Positions 62,968-64,000 of a stretch of DNA of 64,000 bases are shown here, one piece after another. The notes beneath the pieces were generated by a model. It was given only the letters and a program-made list of their open reading frames with translations. It made no database searches and was not told the origin of the DNA. Origin of the DNA: Planctomycetota bacterium (lineage in GTDB: Bacteria; Planctomycetota; UBA1135; UBA2386); assembly GCA_965228735.1 (NCBI GenBank), contig OZ245838.1:6816001-6880000 (forward strand). The letters run 5' to 3'. Made by a program: the position numbers and the translations under genes. How positions within the stretch are numbered: the first letter of the stretch is position 1; each line of letters opens with the position of its first letter.

Positions 62968-64000
62968 CTATCGATTCCGTGGCGAAGTCTGCAGTGCGCT
63001 CCGCACGGCCTCGACGATGGTGCTTCTCGTAGCCGGCTTCTGCAGGACCGCTGCCAAGCCGGAGTCCCGGTAGCGATCGAGCAGGTCGGTTTCCGCGTAG
63101 CCGCTCGCCAGGATCACGGGCACCGTCTCGCAGTGTTGGCGAATGGCCACCAGGGTCTCGGCACCGTTCTTTCCAGGCATGCTGTAGTCGAGCAGGACAC
63201 AGTCGATCGCGTCATGGTGCTGGCGGAAGAGCTCGATGGCCTCCTCGCCGTCGGCAGCCGACAACACCTCGCATCCCGCGGTGCTCAGGACGCGGACCAT
63301 GACCCGGAGAACGGCGTCGTCGTCGTCGGCAACCAGCACCGTCGCGTCGAGCGATTCCGCAGGGTGCGGGGTGCCGCACGGTTCTGGCGTCGGGGCGGAA
63401 GTCGTGTGGGGGAGGAGGACCGTGAACGTCGTGCCGTGGCCGACCTGGCTCTCGACGAGGAGCCCGCCGTGGTGGCTGGTCACGATGCCGTGAACGGCAG
63501 CCAGTCCGAGTCCGCGGTTGTCGGACTTGGTCGAGAAGAAGGGATCGAACATGCGAGCCCGGTCACGCGTATCGATGCCGACGCCGGTGTCCGCCACCGT
63601 CAGGACGACGTACGAGCCCGGCGCCAGCGGCGCGCCTTCGGCCTGCCACTCGCTGAGGCCCTGGTCATCGAGGTCTCGAATCGACGTCCGGATCGTGATC
63701 TCTCCCGCCACGTCCCCGATTGCGTCCACGGCGTTGGTCAGGAGATTCATCACCAGACTGCGAATCTGTGCCGCGTCGCCGGACACCCCGCAATCACCAC
63801 GATGGAGATCGAAGTGGAGTTCGATGTTCTTGGGAATGCCCACCCGCAAGAGGCTCGCGACTTCGTTGACGATCTCGTTGCAGGCTACGGTTCGTGGCGC
63901 CGTGTTGCCTCGCCCGGTGTATGCCAGGATTTGCGCGCACAGTTCGGCTGCAGCAGTGCCGGCCTTGTGGATGTCCTCGAGTTCGGGCTGACCGCGATCG
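62968..64000 (-). CDS. Hybrid histidine kinase/response regulator (5' part outside the window)
   Basis: NLLTNAVDA, DTGVG, FFSTK, GLGL, REC (VADDD, LDYSMPG, QKP). Confidence 0.9.
   Translation of the reverse strand, partial: DRGQPELEDIHKAGTAAAELCAQILAYTGRGNTAPRTVACNEIVNEVASLLRVGIPKNIELHFDLHRGDCGVSGDAAQIRSLVMNLLTNAVDAIGDVAGEITIRTSIRDLDDQGLSEWQAEGAPLAPGSYVVLTVADTGVGIDTRDRARMFDPFFSTKSDNRGLGLAAVHGIVTSHHGGLLVESQVGHGTTFTVLLPHTTSAPTPEPCGTPHPAESLDATVLVADDDDAVLRVMVRVLSTAGCEVLSAADGEEAIELFRQHHDAIDCVLLDYSMPGKNGAETLVAIRQHCETVPVILASGYAETDLLDRYRDSGLAAVLQKPATRSTIVEAVRSALQTSPRNR

Overview
High-GC bacterial chromosome segment, most likely Planctomycetota (inferred from the L28/S1 style, an ECF sigma + Ser/Thr kinase pair and many secreted HEAT/TPR/FG-GAP proteins). 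The left half is mostly core genome: TPR proteins, rpmB, a degenerate GGDEF protein + sigma54 activator, GH42-like protein, lpxH, AbgT transporter, a cmk-plsC fusion, rpsA, tyrS, aroK and tRNA-fMet. A complete group II intron (22641-24632) sits between the rpsA operon and tyrS. Its removal restores a perfect 33-bp inverted repeat, and its EBS1/EBS2 pair with a motif present in other intergenic copies, so it appears programmed to target a dispersed REP-like repeat. Downstream of tRNA-fMet is a decayed island: frameshifted DDE transposase, AbiEi/AbiEii, a probable serine-recombinase tail with a foreign tRNA 3' end, and a second intron's DV/DVI remnant abutting an AraC start codon. The right half is accessory: hybrid kinases, hydrolases, proteases, an ECF-STK module, VTC/DUF4956, and secreted proteins sharing a C-terminal module. 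A candidate ~290-nt structured ncRNA lies at ~6067-6356. All calls come from reading motifs by eye; no searches were run.
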